A stretch of DNA of 64,000 nt from an uncultured Collinsella sp. (GTDB lineage: Bacteria > Actinomycetota > Coriobacteriia > Coriobacteriales > Coriobacteriaceae): positions 9,047 through 73,046 of the forward strand of contig CAUESV010000008.1 of the NCBI GenBank assembly GCA_959020715.1. The letters run 5' to 3'. This document shows positions 33,255 to 46,174 of the stretch, one piece after another. The translations under genes were made by a program, and so were the position numbers. How positions within the stretch are numbered: position 1 is the stretch's first letter; each line of letters starts with the position of its first letter. Below the pieces are notes generated by a model. It was given only the letters and a program-made list of their open reading frames with translations. It made no database searches and had not been told where the DNA came from.

Positions 33255-34262
33255 CTATTCGGAAGGCGCCTCTTCGTCTCGCATGCCTTTCCAGTTGCGG
33301 ATAAGCGCCTTGCGTAGTTCGTTTTGCTCTCGCTGGTGCCCGGTGTCGGTACAGCGAGGCATGCCGAGTGCTTCGCGAATGTTGTTCATGGCGCGGTGAA
33401 AGGCGAGCTGGCTGCCGAACTGAGCCGAGGTGAGCGTAACGATTCGATATCCCATTTGGGGGAGAACGGCCTCTCGCTCCGCATCTGCTCCTTTGCGCTC
33501 GAACTCATCGTGAAAGCCGCCCTTATATTCGATACCGAGCTCCCTGCGCTTGTAGGTAACGAGCGCATCGATTTTGAGTGTTCGAGCTTTGGCGCAATGC
33601 CAGAGACGTTGAGGGATCTCGAGCGGTTTGTTGAGTTCGATACCTCGGATGCCAACGCCGCCTTGGCTTGTTGGGAGTGAGAGGGCGATTGCCGAAGCGG
33701 TCTCCATAGGAGAGGCCGAGCGATCGTAGATGTGCCTGAGCGCGAGCCGTGCACGTGTGGCACCGGGTTTGCCCGGGTGCCGATCGAGTAGTTCGATTAT
33801 TTCATCCTTGGAGGTGGTGGCTGGTTGCTCGGTATAAGGTTCGGCGAGATTGAGCCTCATGCGATAATCGCCGCAAACTTCATAGCCATATTCGAGATAT
33901 TCGATCCTATCCATCCACTCGGCAGCGAGCACGAAGGTGAAGGCTTCGTCGGTGATGAAGATTCCGGGCGTCAACTCGTTAATATGCTCGTAGGGAAGAT
34001 TTTGTCCAAGAATGTGGCAAATGACGCCTTTGGTGCGAATTCGCTCGAATTCGAATACAACCGCGATATCGATAGTCTTAAGCATATCGGACGGAATGCC
34101 GCAGTCGGTAAGCGCCTGTCGTATGCGCGCAACGCGTTGTTGGGTGGAGATGCCTTGTGCGCCTATCTGGTAGTCGTGCCGCGCAAGAGACTGAACCAAA
34201 TTCTGGGGTGCATGATGGACAAGCCATGCGGTTTTATGCGAAATGAGAACAGGGGTATCCAT
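33255..34262 (-). CDS. Actinobacterial AbiEi-like N-domain / Vsr-DUF559-like PD-(D/E)XK nuclease family protein
   Basis: ISH.TA, ELCG-like EVCG.Y, SASPMET, GG.G, D...IEY.G..H...D..R...L..MGY.I; atypical codon usage. Confidence 0.7.
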   Translation of the reverse strand: MDTPVLISHKTAWLVHHAPQNLVQSLARHDYQIGAQGISTQQRVARIRQALTDCGIPSDMLKTIDIAVVFEFERIRTKGVICHILGQNLPYEHINELTPGIFITDEAFTFVLAAEWMDRIEYLEYGYEVCGDYRMRLNLAEPYTEQPATTSKDEIIELLDRHPGKPGATRARLALRHIYDRSASPMETASAIALSLPTSQGGVGIRGIELNKPLEIPQRLWHCAKARTLKIDALVTYKRRELGIEYKGGFHDEFERKGADAEREAVLPQMGYRIVTLTSAQFGSQLAFHRAMNNIREALGMPRCTDTGHQREQNELRKALIRNWKGMRDEEAPSE

Positions 34263-34354
34263 TGAGGGCCTCTCGCTCTGAGCCGGTATCCAACTCTTAT
34301 GTCCGTTGAAGTGGGGAAATATACCGGATGTGAGTAAATCAACTCACTCATGCT

Positions 34355-34435
34355 GTGAGCCCAATCCAAACATGTACGTCACCCTCCAAAGATGTCGAAA
34401 AATGTCGTTTTTGGAGGCTGACGTACATGTTTTGG
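34355..34435. repeat. Right ~80-bp self-palindromic repeat (inverted copy of 33164-33244)
   Basis: GTGAGCCCAATCCAAACATGTACGTCACCCTCCAAAGATGTCGAAAAATGTCGTTTTTGGAGGCTGACGTACATGTTTTGG. Confidence 0.85.
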
Positions 34436-34584
34436 ACCCCTGGCATTCCAGCAACGCCACGCCCGTGCCCAGTCCCTACCGTTTGCCGAGCAATGAAGCC
34501 GCTACGGCGTCCAACCATGTACTATGTACGGGCATTGTTCAAACCTACAACTCAAAGGACCCCATCTTGCCCGTCGTCGCCGCT

Positions 34585-35256
34585 ATGACCGTTACTTCAC
34601 ACGCCTCGGATGCCATGGTCGCTATCCCGTTTTGGCTCGAGATGTTCGCCGTTGTCGCGGCATCGATCTCGGGTGTGCTGGTCGCGCGTGAACACAAGCT
34701 CGACCTGGTGGGCGCGGTCGCGCTCGCGGTGGTCTGCGGTCTGGGCGGCGGTCTTTTGCGCGATATGACGCTCCAGGTCGGCAACGTCTACATCCTCAAC
34801 CAACCCATGGCGTTACCGCTCTCCATCGCCACGGCGGCCATCATCTATATCTTCCCGGCAATCGTCGATAAGCCCGACAAGCTCATTCCCCTGCTCGACA
34901 TCATCTCGGTCGGCATCTATGCGGCAACCGGCGCGGACAAGGCGCTGGTCTACGGATTTGCGCCCGCCGTGTGCATCATGATGGGCTTCTTCACCGCAGT
35001 GGGCGGCGGCATGCTGCGCGACGGCTTTATGGGCGTGGTGCCGGGCATTTTCCAACGCACTAACTTTTATGCCATCGCAGCCATCGCCGGATCGGCAAGC
35101 TATGTAAGCCTCGTTAAGAGCGGCCTCGTGAGCAATGTTGCCGCGCTGGTCGTATGCGTCATCGTGACCATGGGGCTGCGCTGGCTATCGCTGCGCTTTG
35201 ACATCAAAAGCCCCACCGAGGACGACATCGCACGCTTTTTGCACCGTAAAAAATAG
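34585..35256 (+). CDS. Trimeric intracellular cation channel / UPF0126 (YadS-like) membrane protein
   Basis: A.SG, D.VG, GLGGG.LRD and TAVGGG.LRD duplicated motifs. Confidence 0.88.
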   Translation: MTVTSHASDAMVAIPFWLEMFAVVAASISGVLVAREHKLDLVGAVALAVVCGLGGGLLRDMTLQVGNVYILNQPMALPLSIATAAIIYIFPAIVDKPDKLIPLLDIISVGIYAATGADKALVYGFAPAVCIMMGFFTAVGGGMLRDGFMGVVPGIFQRTNFYAIAAIAGSASYVSLVKSGLVSNVAALVVCVIVTMGLRWLSLRFDIKSPTEDDIARFLHRKK

Positions 35257-35362
35257 GTAGCACGGCCCAACCCTTCGAAATGCAACCGAGAGGTTCTTTT
35301 AGAGCGCTTGCGCGTTGGGTACCCTGTTAGATACCTGTCGAGCATCTAACGAAGGATTCACC

Positions 35363-36508
35363 ATGCCTTGCAACCAAGTACCGTCGGCCCGGCGCCACAA
35401 AGCGCAGGCCCGCATCACTATCCTATTCGCGCTTATCGCACTGGCGTTTACCGCGCTCCCCACCATGGCGTTCGCCGGCACCGACACCGCGGGCAACATG
35501 CTCGCAACCGAAGTTGACTCAAATCCGTCCGGCGTCGAGGGCGACCTGTACTGGGCCGGCCAAAGCCTCAACCTAGACGATGCCTCCATCGACCGCGATA
35601 TTATCGCGGCGGGCGAGAGCCTGTCGATTCGCGATTGCACCGTAGGCGGCGCCGTTCGCCTGGCGGCGCGCACCATCGATATCGCTAAAACCGCAATCGA
35701 TGGAAGCGTGACGGTAGCCGGCCAGCACGTCGTGCTTAACACCGGTAGCACCGCCAACTGTTTTTACGCGGCAGGCGAGACGGTCGCCCTGCGCGGCTCC
35801 GCTAAATCGGCGGCGCTCGCCGGCGACACCGTAACCATCGATGGCACCGTCGAGGGCGATGTCGAGGTTTGGGCCGACAAACTCATCCTGGGCAAGAACG
35901 CCCGCATCACCGGCACCGTGAACGCGCACGTCTCCGAGGACCCCGAGCGTGCCGCGGGAGCCGAGGTCGGTGCCCTCAAGATCGACCGCACCGAGAACAA
36001 AGATACTTCCACCGTTAACGATGTCATCGGCGGTATCGTCGCCGCGGCACTCTCGACCTGCTTTGTCGCCCTGCTGCTCGAGCTCGTCTTTCCGCGCGCG
36101 ACCGCCGGCGCCGCCGGCATGCTCCACCAGCGCCCCACGCCCCTGTGGGTGAGCGGTCTTCTGGGCACGATTGCTATCGCCCCCGCCGTCCTACTGTTGA
36201 TTATCTCTATCGCTGGTCTGTCGCTTGCCGGAACCCTCTTGTGCGGCGTTATCGGCATCGCGTTGGTGTCGAGTGCCTTTGCGGGGTGCGCGATCGCCCG
36301 CATGGTCGGACACAACCAGAACCGCTACGCCATGGCAGCCGTGGGCGGCATCGCCGCGGGTGCGCTTACGGCAATCCCCCTCGTAGGCGATTTCATCAGC
36401 GGCGTGGCCTTCGTCTTTACACTCGGCTACATCATCCAGATCATCTGGCGCAACGCCCACCTCAAGCCGCAGCAGCCGGCTAACACGCCGGGACTCCCCA
36501 CCGCTTAA
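35363..36508 (+). CDS. Membrane protein with bactofilin/polymer-forming-like beta-helical repeats and C-terminal TM bundle
   Basis: Signal-like TM, repeats VEGDLYWAG / IDRDIIAAG / VGGAVRLAA / IDGSVTVAG / VEGDVEV, then ~5 TMs. Confidence 0.7.
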   Translation: MPCNQVPSARRHKAQARITILFALIALAFTALPTMAFAGTDTAGNMLATEVDSNPSGVEGDLYWAGQSLNLDDASIDRDIIAAGESLSIRDCTVGGAVRLAARTIDIAKTAIDGSVTVAGQHVVLNTGSTANCFYAAGETVALRGSAKSAALAGDTVTIDGTVEGDVEVWADKLILGKNARITGTVNAHVSEDPERAAGAEVGALKIDRTENKDTSTVNDVIGGIVAAALSTCFVALLLELVFPRATAGAAGMLHQRPTPLWVSGLLGTIAIAPAVLLLIISIAGLSLAGTLLCGVIGIALVSSAFAGCAIARMVGHNQNRYAMAAVGGIAAGALTAIPLVGDFISGVAFVFTLGYIIQIIWRNAHLKPQQPANTPGLPTA

Positions 36509-36637
36509 CCACCAACTACCACAAAGGGGACAGGCACCTTTGTGGTGGTGCAGGCCGTCTCAATCCCCGTGCACCAAAAAGGGCGCCGACCATCGCGGTC
36601 GACGCCCTTTCTTGTTAAACACTATAAAGCCCAGCGC

Positions 36638-38476
<1,839 letters not shown>

Positions 38477-38593
38477 GTAGTTCCCCTATCTTCTATCCAT
38501 ATACAAACGGCACGCGTATGCGGCCCGCTCAGCGATACAACGCTCAGCGGGAATATTGAGCCTTTTACCGAAAACTCGTTTATTTTAGCGATT

Positions 38594-39043
38594 TTAGATG
38601 AGAGGGGTTTCCTCACCTGCAGGTTCAGGGTCGCTCCACATAAAACCATCGCCGGCGCCCATGCCCTCATACAGCACATATGCCGAAAAACCGCTCTCGA
38701 GCGTGGTTTCGAAGAAGCTCACGAGCAGAGCATCGTGATAGCCGCCGTCAATCTCGACGCAGCCGGTGTAGCCGATGGCATAGCGGGCGATACGGCCCAG
38801 GCCCTCGTCCTTAAGACCCATCTTGTGCTCGGAGATAAAGTTGGTAGCCGCCTCGAGGCACGCCTCTTCGCCATCCTCATCGAGCGCCGCCAGATAACGG
38901 TTGGAAGCGGCATCCTCAATTGCCACGACCACGCCAGGGTTTTCACCGGCGGCCAGGTCATCCAAGAACGCACCGATCAGGTCACACACCATGGCGTCGA
39001 GCTCGGCGGAGACGTTACCGGCGTCCTGCATATCCTGTGCCAT
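38594..39043 (-). CDS. Hypothetical acidic protein
   Basis: 149-aa ORF, GGAAGG RBS, host codon bias. Confidence 0.7.
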   Translation of the reverse strand: MAQDMQDAGNVSAELDAMVCDLIGAFLDDLAAGENPGVVVAIEDAASNRYLAALDEDGEEACLEAATNFISEHKMGLKDEGLGRIARYAIGYTGCVEIDGGYHDALLVSFFETTLESGFSAYVLYEGMGAGDGFMWSDPEPAGEETPLI

Positions 39044-39073
39044 CTTTAGACCTTCCCATCGAGTCTGGCGTCG

Positions 39074-39430
39074 TTACAGTTCTTGCGCCTCGGCGGCGAT
39101 CTTGGCGGCAGCGTCGCGGGCGCACATCATATCCATCGCGCGCTTGTCGAGCACCTTGATCTGACTGGTCAGCATTACCGCATCGACCACGCCCCAGATC
39201 ACGAGGCCCGTAGAGATCGAAAACCCAAGCGCACCAACTGTACCACGAAGGCGCGAGCAGATTGCCGCGACAAGGGCGGAGATGACAACCATCTTGATAA
39301 ACGAGCCGCGGCGCTCGCGAAGCGTGCGGGCCTGTGTCACATAGGCAATGCGAGCCGCCTCAGAAGCCTCCGAGCGCATCTGGGCCTCACGCGCAATGGC
39401 TGCCGCCTCGGCCGACATACCGCCGGCCAT
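39074..39430 (-). CDS. Hypothetical membrane protein (2 TM)
   Basis: 118-aa ORF, GGAG RBS, two hydrophobic segments. Confidence 0.65.
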   Translation of the reverse strand: MAGGMSAEAAAIAREAQMRSEASEAARIAYVTQARTLRERRGSFIKMVVISALVAAICSRLRGTVGALGFSISTGLVIWGVVDAVMLTSQIKVLDKRAMDMMCARDAAAKIAAEAQEL

Positions 39431-39463
39431 CAGCGAACGCTCCGCATCCTAGCCACCCCGCAT

Positions 39464-39964
39464 TTAGAAGTCATCGGGGGAGAGCGTATGGATGAACTCG
39501 TCGAACTTCTCGAACTCCTGCTCGTCGTCGACTTCCTCGGCATGGGCAGAAACGGTGCCCAGGCGATTCATGATGTCGTCCTCCACAAACATGGGGGCAT
39601 TGCTGCGCACGGCAAGGGCAATGGCATCACTGGGGCGGGCGTCGATCTTGCGCTCGTCACCATCGGCCAGTACGACGATCGTCGCGTAGAACACCGGCGG
39701 CTCGGCGCGAACGATCTCGATGCGCTCGAGCTTGGCGCCCAGGGCGTCAACGGTATCGAGCAGCAGGTCATGGGTGATCGGGCGCTCGGCGCGGCCGCTA
39801 TCGATGCCGCGGCTAATGGCAGCAGCTTCAAACGAACCAGTCTGAATGGAAAGAGAACGCAGTGGCGCGGGCGAGTCCGATTTGCTGCAGCGCTCGCGAA
39901 GCACGATAAGCGATGGCACGGGACCGGCGGCCATGACGATGGTCTCTATGTCGACACGAACCAT
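39464..39964 (-). CDS. Bifunctional nuclease family protein (DUF151)
   Basis: L.I..G.FEA.AI, RP.THDL, FYA.I, IDARPSDAIALA.R, C-terminal F..F...L.PDDF. Confidence 0.92.
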   Translation of the reverse strand: MVRVDIETIVMAAGPVPSLIVLRERCSKSDSPAPLRSLSIQTGSFEAAAISRGIDSGRAERPITHDLLLDTVDALGAKLERIEIVRAEPPVFYATIVVLADGDERKIDARPSDAIALAVRSNAPMFVEDDIMNRLGTVSAHAEEVDDEQEFEKFDEFIHTLSPDDF

Positions 39965-40122
39965 GGAACACCTCCGGTACGTAGCGGTTAACACGCGGCA
40001 GCCCGCCGCATTGAATAGCTATACTACCCAATCTTTCGCACAGCACACAAAACCAAAATGAGATTTATCGCAGACAAGAAAAAAGCCCCGAGGCAACGCC
40101 CCAGGGCTCTTCACAGTTTTGA

Positions 40123-40199
40123 TGGTGGACCTGACAAGATTCGAACTTGTGACCTCCCGGTTATCAGCCGGACGCTCTAACCAACTGAGCTACAGGTCC
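40123..40199 (-). tRNA. tRNA-Ile(GAT), copy 2
   Basis: GGACCTGTAGCTCAGTTGGTTAGAGCG...CT-GAT-AA...GTTCGAATC...ACCA. Confidence 0.96.
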
Positions 40200-40203
40200 A
40201 TCA

Positions 40204-40279
40204 TGGTGGAGGTTAGGGGGATCGAACCCCTGACCTCAGGCTTGCAAAGCCCGCGCTCTCCCAGCTGAGCTAAACCCCC
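40204..40279 (-). tRNA. tRNA-Ala(TGC)
   Basis: GGGGGTTTAGCTCAGCTGGGAGAGCG...TT-TGC-AA...; G3:U70 pair; ends ACCA. Confidence 0.96.
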
Positions 40280-40346
40280 ACGGAGACAGTAATAAACACC
40301 CCAGCGGCGACTCGGCTCTCGCTGGGGTGTTTATTGCGAAAGAAAG

Positions 40347-40423
40347 TGGTGGACCTGACAAGATTCGAACTTGTGACCTCCCGGTTATCAGCCGGACGCT
40401 CTAACCAACTGAGCTACAGGTCC
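40347..40423 (-). tRNA. tRNA-Ile(GAT), copy 1
   Basis: Identical in sequence to 40123-40199. Confidence 0.96.
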
Positions 40424-40437
40424 ATCGCGCAAGGGAT

Positions 40438-40467
40438 ATATTAGACGAGTCGTTACGCGCGCGTCAA
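40438..40467 (-). promoter_or_regulatory. Promoter for the tRNA Ile-Ala-Ile cluster
   Basis: TTGACG-N18-TAATAT on minus strand, AT-rich UP-like tract. Confidence 0.6.
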
Positions 40468-40494
40468 CAACTTTTTTGAAAATCTTTGGAGGGT

Positions 40495-40630
40495 GTGTCA
40501 GACGGCTGGGCGAGATGGGTTAGGTTTGCTGCTCGGGCAGTCCTGCGCAAGACGAAGGCCACATTAAGTGGCCTTCTTTGCGCGCGGAACTCGCGACAAA
40601 CCTAACTCATCTCGCCCAGCCGTCTGACAC
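40495..40630. repeat. 136-bp long imperfect palindrome (MITE/REP-like or structured RNA)
   Basis: GTGTCAGACGGCTGGGCGAGATGGGTTAGGTTTG ... CAAACCTAACTCATCTCGCCCAGCCGTCTGACAC, apical GAAGGCCAC-ATTAA-GTGGCCTTC. Confidence 0.8.
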
Positions 40631-40721
40631 GGGGCTCCAAGCTTGTCAAAAAAGCGGTCGGCGCGCAGGTGCGCCGACCGCCGATATATGGGGTCTGATA
40701 TTTTCTACCAGCTAGTTCCTC

Positions 40722-43463
40722 TTACTCGTCTAGGAGATCTTCTGGTATGTCGTTGCCGTCGCCTAGGTCGACTGGGGTTTCTTCGGGGACAGAGCTGTCT
40801 TCTGCGGCTTCGCCTTCGGGCTTCTCTTTGGCGGCTGTCATGCGAGCTACGGCGCAGATGCGATCGTTGTCGTCGACGGTCATCATCTTGACGCCCTGGG
40901 TGGCGCGGCCGGTCTGGCTGATCTCGTCGGTCTTGACGCGAATGACCGTCGCGCCCTCCGTCACGATGAACAGCTCGTGCTGCGGGCCCACCGTCTTCAT
41001 GGCCGCGAGGTTACCCTTACGCTCGGTCATTTGGATGGTGTAGACGCCCTGGCCGCCGCGATTCTGCTCCGGGTAGTCCGCGACCGGCGTGCGCTTGCCG
41101 TAGCCGCGCTCGGTGATGACGAACAGATCGCCGTTGCCGTTAGTGACTTCCATGCCCAGAACGCTCACGCCGTCCTTCATGCCGATACCGCGAACGCCGC
41201 TGGTATCGCGGCCGGTGGCGCGCACCTGCTCCTCGGAGAACATGATCGCCTTGCCCGCGGTGGTGGCCAGGATAATCTTGTCGCCCTCGCGCACGCGGCG
41301 CACGTTCAGCAGCGCGTCGTCGTCACGCAGGTTGATAGCGATCAGGCCGTCGCGACGGCTGCGGTCATATGCGCTCATCACGGTCTTCTTGACCATGCCG
41401 CTCTTGGTGGCAAACATCAGGTACTCGTCGGCAGGGAACTCGCGGCAGCTGATGACGCTCGCGATCTTCTCGCCCTCCTCGAAAGGCAGCAAGTTGACGA
41501 TCGCGGTACCGCGTGCCTGGCGCGTACCCACCGGCAGCTCGTGCACCTTCAGGCGATAGACCTTGCCCTTGCTCGAGAAGAACAGCACGTACTCGTGCGT
41601 GGACGCGATGAACATCTCATCGATGACATCGTCCTCTTTGAGGTTGACGCCCGACACGCCCTTGCCGCCGCGCTTTTGGGCGCGGTAGGCGGCAACCGGG
41701 ATACGCTTAACGTAGCCGGTGTGGGTGATGGTCACGACCATATCCTCGTCGGCGATGAGGTCCTCGACATCCAGGTCCTTCTCAACCTGGCTGATCTCGG
41801 TGCGGCGCTTGTCGCCGAACTTCTTGGAGATCTCGCGCATCTCTTCCTTGATGACGCCCAGGATCTTCTCCTCATGCGCCAGCAGGTCCTCGTAGTAGGC
41901 GATGGCGCGGCGCAGGCCGTCCAACTCTTCCTGAATCTTGTCGCGCTCCAGGCCGGTCAGGCGGCGCAGCTTCATCTCGAGGATGGCCGTGGTCTGCTCG
42001 GGCGTAAAGCCAAAGCGCTCGATCAAGCGGCTGCTGGCCTCGGAGTCGGTCTGCGAGGAGCGGATGATGCTAATGACCTCATCGATATGGTCGAGAGCCA
42101 TCAAGTAGCCCTCAAGGATATGCGCGCGGGCCTGGGCCTTCTTAAGGTCGAAGCGGGTGCGGCGGGTGACTACGTCGACCTGGTGGTCGATGTAGTGCTG
42201 CAGCATCTCGCGCAGGCTCAGGCATTTGGGAACGCCGTTGACGAGCGCCAGGTTGTTGGCGCCAAAGGTCGTCTGCAGCGAGGTGTACTTATACAGGTTG
42301 TTGAGCACGACCTGCGGAATGACGCCCTTCTTGAGCTCGATGACCAGACGGATACCCTTCTGGTTGGACTCATCGCGCATATCCGAGATGCCCTCGATGC
42401 GCTTGTCGTTGACGAGCTGGGCGATCTTCTCCTGCAGGGTGCCCTTGTTGACCATGTAGGGAATCTCGGTAAAGACCAAGCGGCTGCGACCGGTCTTGGT
42501 GGACTCCACATGTGCCTTGGCACGCACGGTAATGGAGCCGCGGCCGGTCTCGTAGCTCTGCTTAATGCCGGCGCTGCCCATGATGATGGCGCCGGTGGGG
42601 AAATCCGGACCGGGCATGATCTGCATGAGCTCGTCGACGGTGGCGTCGGGGTTGTCGATCAGGTAGCAGGTGGCCTCGATCGCCTCGGTGAGGTTATGCG
42701 GAGCGATGTTGGTGGCCATGCCGACGGCGATGCCCTGGCTGCCGTTGACCAGCAGGTTGGGGAAGCGTGCAGGCAGCGCCACGGGCTCGGCGAGCGATTC
42801 GTCGTAGTTGGGCTGCCAGTCGACGGTATCCTTCTGCAAGTCACGCAGCAGTTCCATGGCGGGCTTGGCCAGGCGGCTCTCGGTGTAACGCATGGCCGCC
42901 GCGCCGTCGCCGTCGATGTTACCGAAGTTGCCGTGACCGTCGATGAGCGGCGTGCGCATGGAGAACCACTGCGCCAGGCGAACCATGGCCTCATAGACCG
43001 CGAAATCGCCGTGCGGGTGGTACTTACCGATAACTTCGCCGACCGTCCACGCCGACTTCTTATGCGGGCGGTTGGGGTAGATGCCGCTCTCGTTCATCGC
43101 GTACAGGATGCGGCGGTGCACCGGCTTTAAGCCGTCGCGCACGTCCGGCAGGGCGCGCGCCGTGATGACCGACATCGAATACTCGATAAACGACTGCTTC
43201 ATCTCGCGACCGAACTCCGAAATCTGGAGCTGGCCGCCGTTGATATCCTCGCCGGCCGAGGCGCCACGGTCGACTTCGCCAAAGCTCTCCTCGAGCTCGG
43301 CGTCGTCGTCCTCTTCCTCCTCATCATCGGCATCGGGGTTATAGGCGTCCGGATCGCCGTCCTCGCCCTGCTCAGCACGGGCGAGCAGGCGCTTCAGATC
43401 ATCGGGCATGCCGGCATCGCCAGCCTCGTCCATACCCTCATTGTTGTTGATATCGTCTGCCAC
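40722..43463 (-). CDS. gyrA: DNA gyrase subunit A
   Basis: [29 protein letters not shown], GyrA box QKRGGKG, beta-pinwheel repeats. Confidence 0.98.
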   Translation of the reverse strand: MADDINNNEGMDEAGDAGMPDDLKRLLARAEQGEDGDPDAYNPDADDEEEEDDDAELEESFGEVDRGASAGEDINGGQLQISEFGREMKQSFIEYSMSVITARALPDVRDGLKPVHRRILYAMNESGIYPNRPHKKSAWTVGEVIGKYHPHGDFAVYEAMVRLAQWFSMRTPLIDGHGNFGNIDGDGAAAMRYTESRLAKPAMELLRDLQKDTVDWQPNYDESLAEPVALPARFPNLLVNGSQGIAVGMATNIAPHNLTEAIEATCYLIDNPDATVDELMQIMPGPDFPTGAIIMGSAGIKQSYETGRGSITVRAKAHVESTKTGRSRLVFTEIPYMVNKGTLQEKIAQLVNDKRIEGISDMRDESNQKGIRLVIELKKGVIPQVVLNNLYKYTSLQTTFGANNLALVNGVPKCLSLREMLQHYIDHQVDVVTRRTRFDLKKAQARAHILEGYLMALDHIDEVISIIRSSQTDSEASSRLIERFGFTPEQTTAILEMKLRRLTGLERDKIQEELDGLRRAIAYYEDLLAHEEKILGVIKEEMREISKKFGDKRRTEISQVEKDLDVEDLIADEDMVVTITHTGYVKRIPVAAYRAQKRGGKGVSGVNLKEDDVIDEMFIASTHEYVLFFSSKGKVYRLKVHELPVGTRQARGTAIVNLLPFEEGEKIASVISCREFPADEYLMFATKSGMVKKTVMSAYDRSRRDGLIAINLRDDDALLNVRRVREGDKIILATTAGKAIMFSEEQVRATGRDTSGVRGIGMKDGVSVLGMEVTNGNGDLFVITERGYGKRTPVADYPEQNRGGQGVYTIQMTERKGNLAAMKTVGPQHELFIVTEGATVIRVKTDEISQTGRATQGVKMMTVDDNDRICAVARMTAAKEKPEGEAAEDSSVPEETPVDLGDGNDIPEDLLDE

Positions 43464-43474
43464 GTTACCTCCTC

Positions 43475-45547
<2,073 letters not shown>

Positions 45548-45610
45548 TTATCGTAAAAAAATACCCTCGGGAACGAGGGTATTTGGCTCTACAAGGCCAC
45601 CAGATGCGAT

Positions 45611-46174
45611 TTAAGGCTCTTTTTTGCTTTGCACGCCCTTGGCCCACTCGGCACTGGCTCTCATGGCGTTCTCGAGGGCCTCGCGCAGTTTTTGGTCTTC
45701 GATGGGCGCCACTTGGCACTCAATCTCGGTGCGCTCGGCATCGCTGAGGTCGGCATGCGGGGCCGGCGGGCGCTCTGTCGTCGCCGGGCGCAGGCGCTCC
45801 TTGGCGGCGGGCGGCGTGTGACCGGGTGCGGTGGTTTTGAACACCAGGCCGTCCACATGCGCACCGGCGCGCTCCATGCGCGCGCGGATGATCTCGCGCA
45901 ACAGCGTCATTTCCTGCGTCCACGAGGGCGAGTCGAGATACACCAGCAGTTCATTGGACTCGGGCAGGTAACGCAGCCCCGTCACATGCCGCCCCTCGCG
46001 CGTGCCCGAGCACACCGCGTTCCACGCGCGATAGACCGCGCGCGACTCCTCGGCAGCCTCCATCTGCGCACGGCGCTCAGGGGTCGCAGCCGCCAGGATG
46101 CGTTGGCGCTCTGCGTTCAAAAAGCCACTGAAGGCGACCGTTTCGCTCTCGCGCTCGTAATTAGCACGTCTCAC
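45611..46174 (-). CDS. dciA: DUF721/DciA family helicase-loader-like protein
   Basis: Position between recF and gyrB; AW..V.G...HV, L.VY.DS..W.QE pattern. Confidence 0.75.
   Translation of the reverse strand: MRRANYERESETVAFSGFLNAERQRILAAATPERRAQMEAAEESRAVYRAWNAVCSGTREGRHVTGLRYLPESNELLVYLDSPSWTQEMTLLREIIRARMERAGAHVDGLVFKTTAPGHTPPAAKERLRPATTERPPAPHADLSDAERTEIECQVAPIEDQKLREALENAMRASAEWAKGVQSKKEP

Noticed and set aside
33071..36530. Integrative island or prophage at tRNA-Ser
   Set aside because: No integrase and no direct-repeat att copy seen; downstream genes look host-like.
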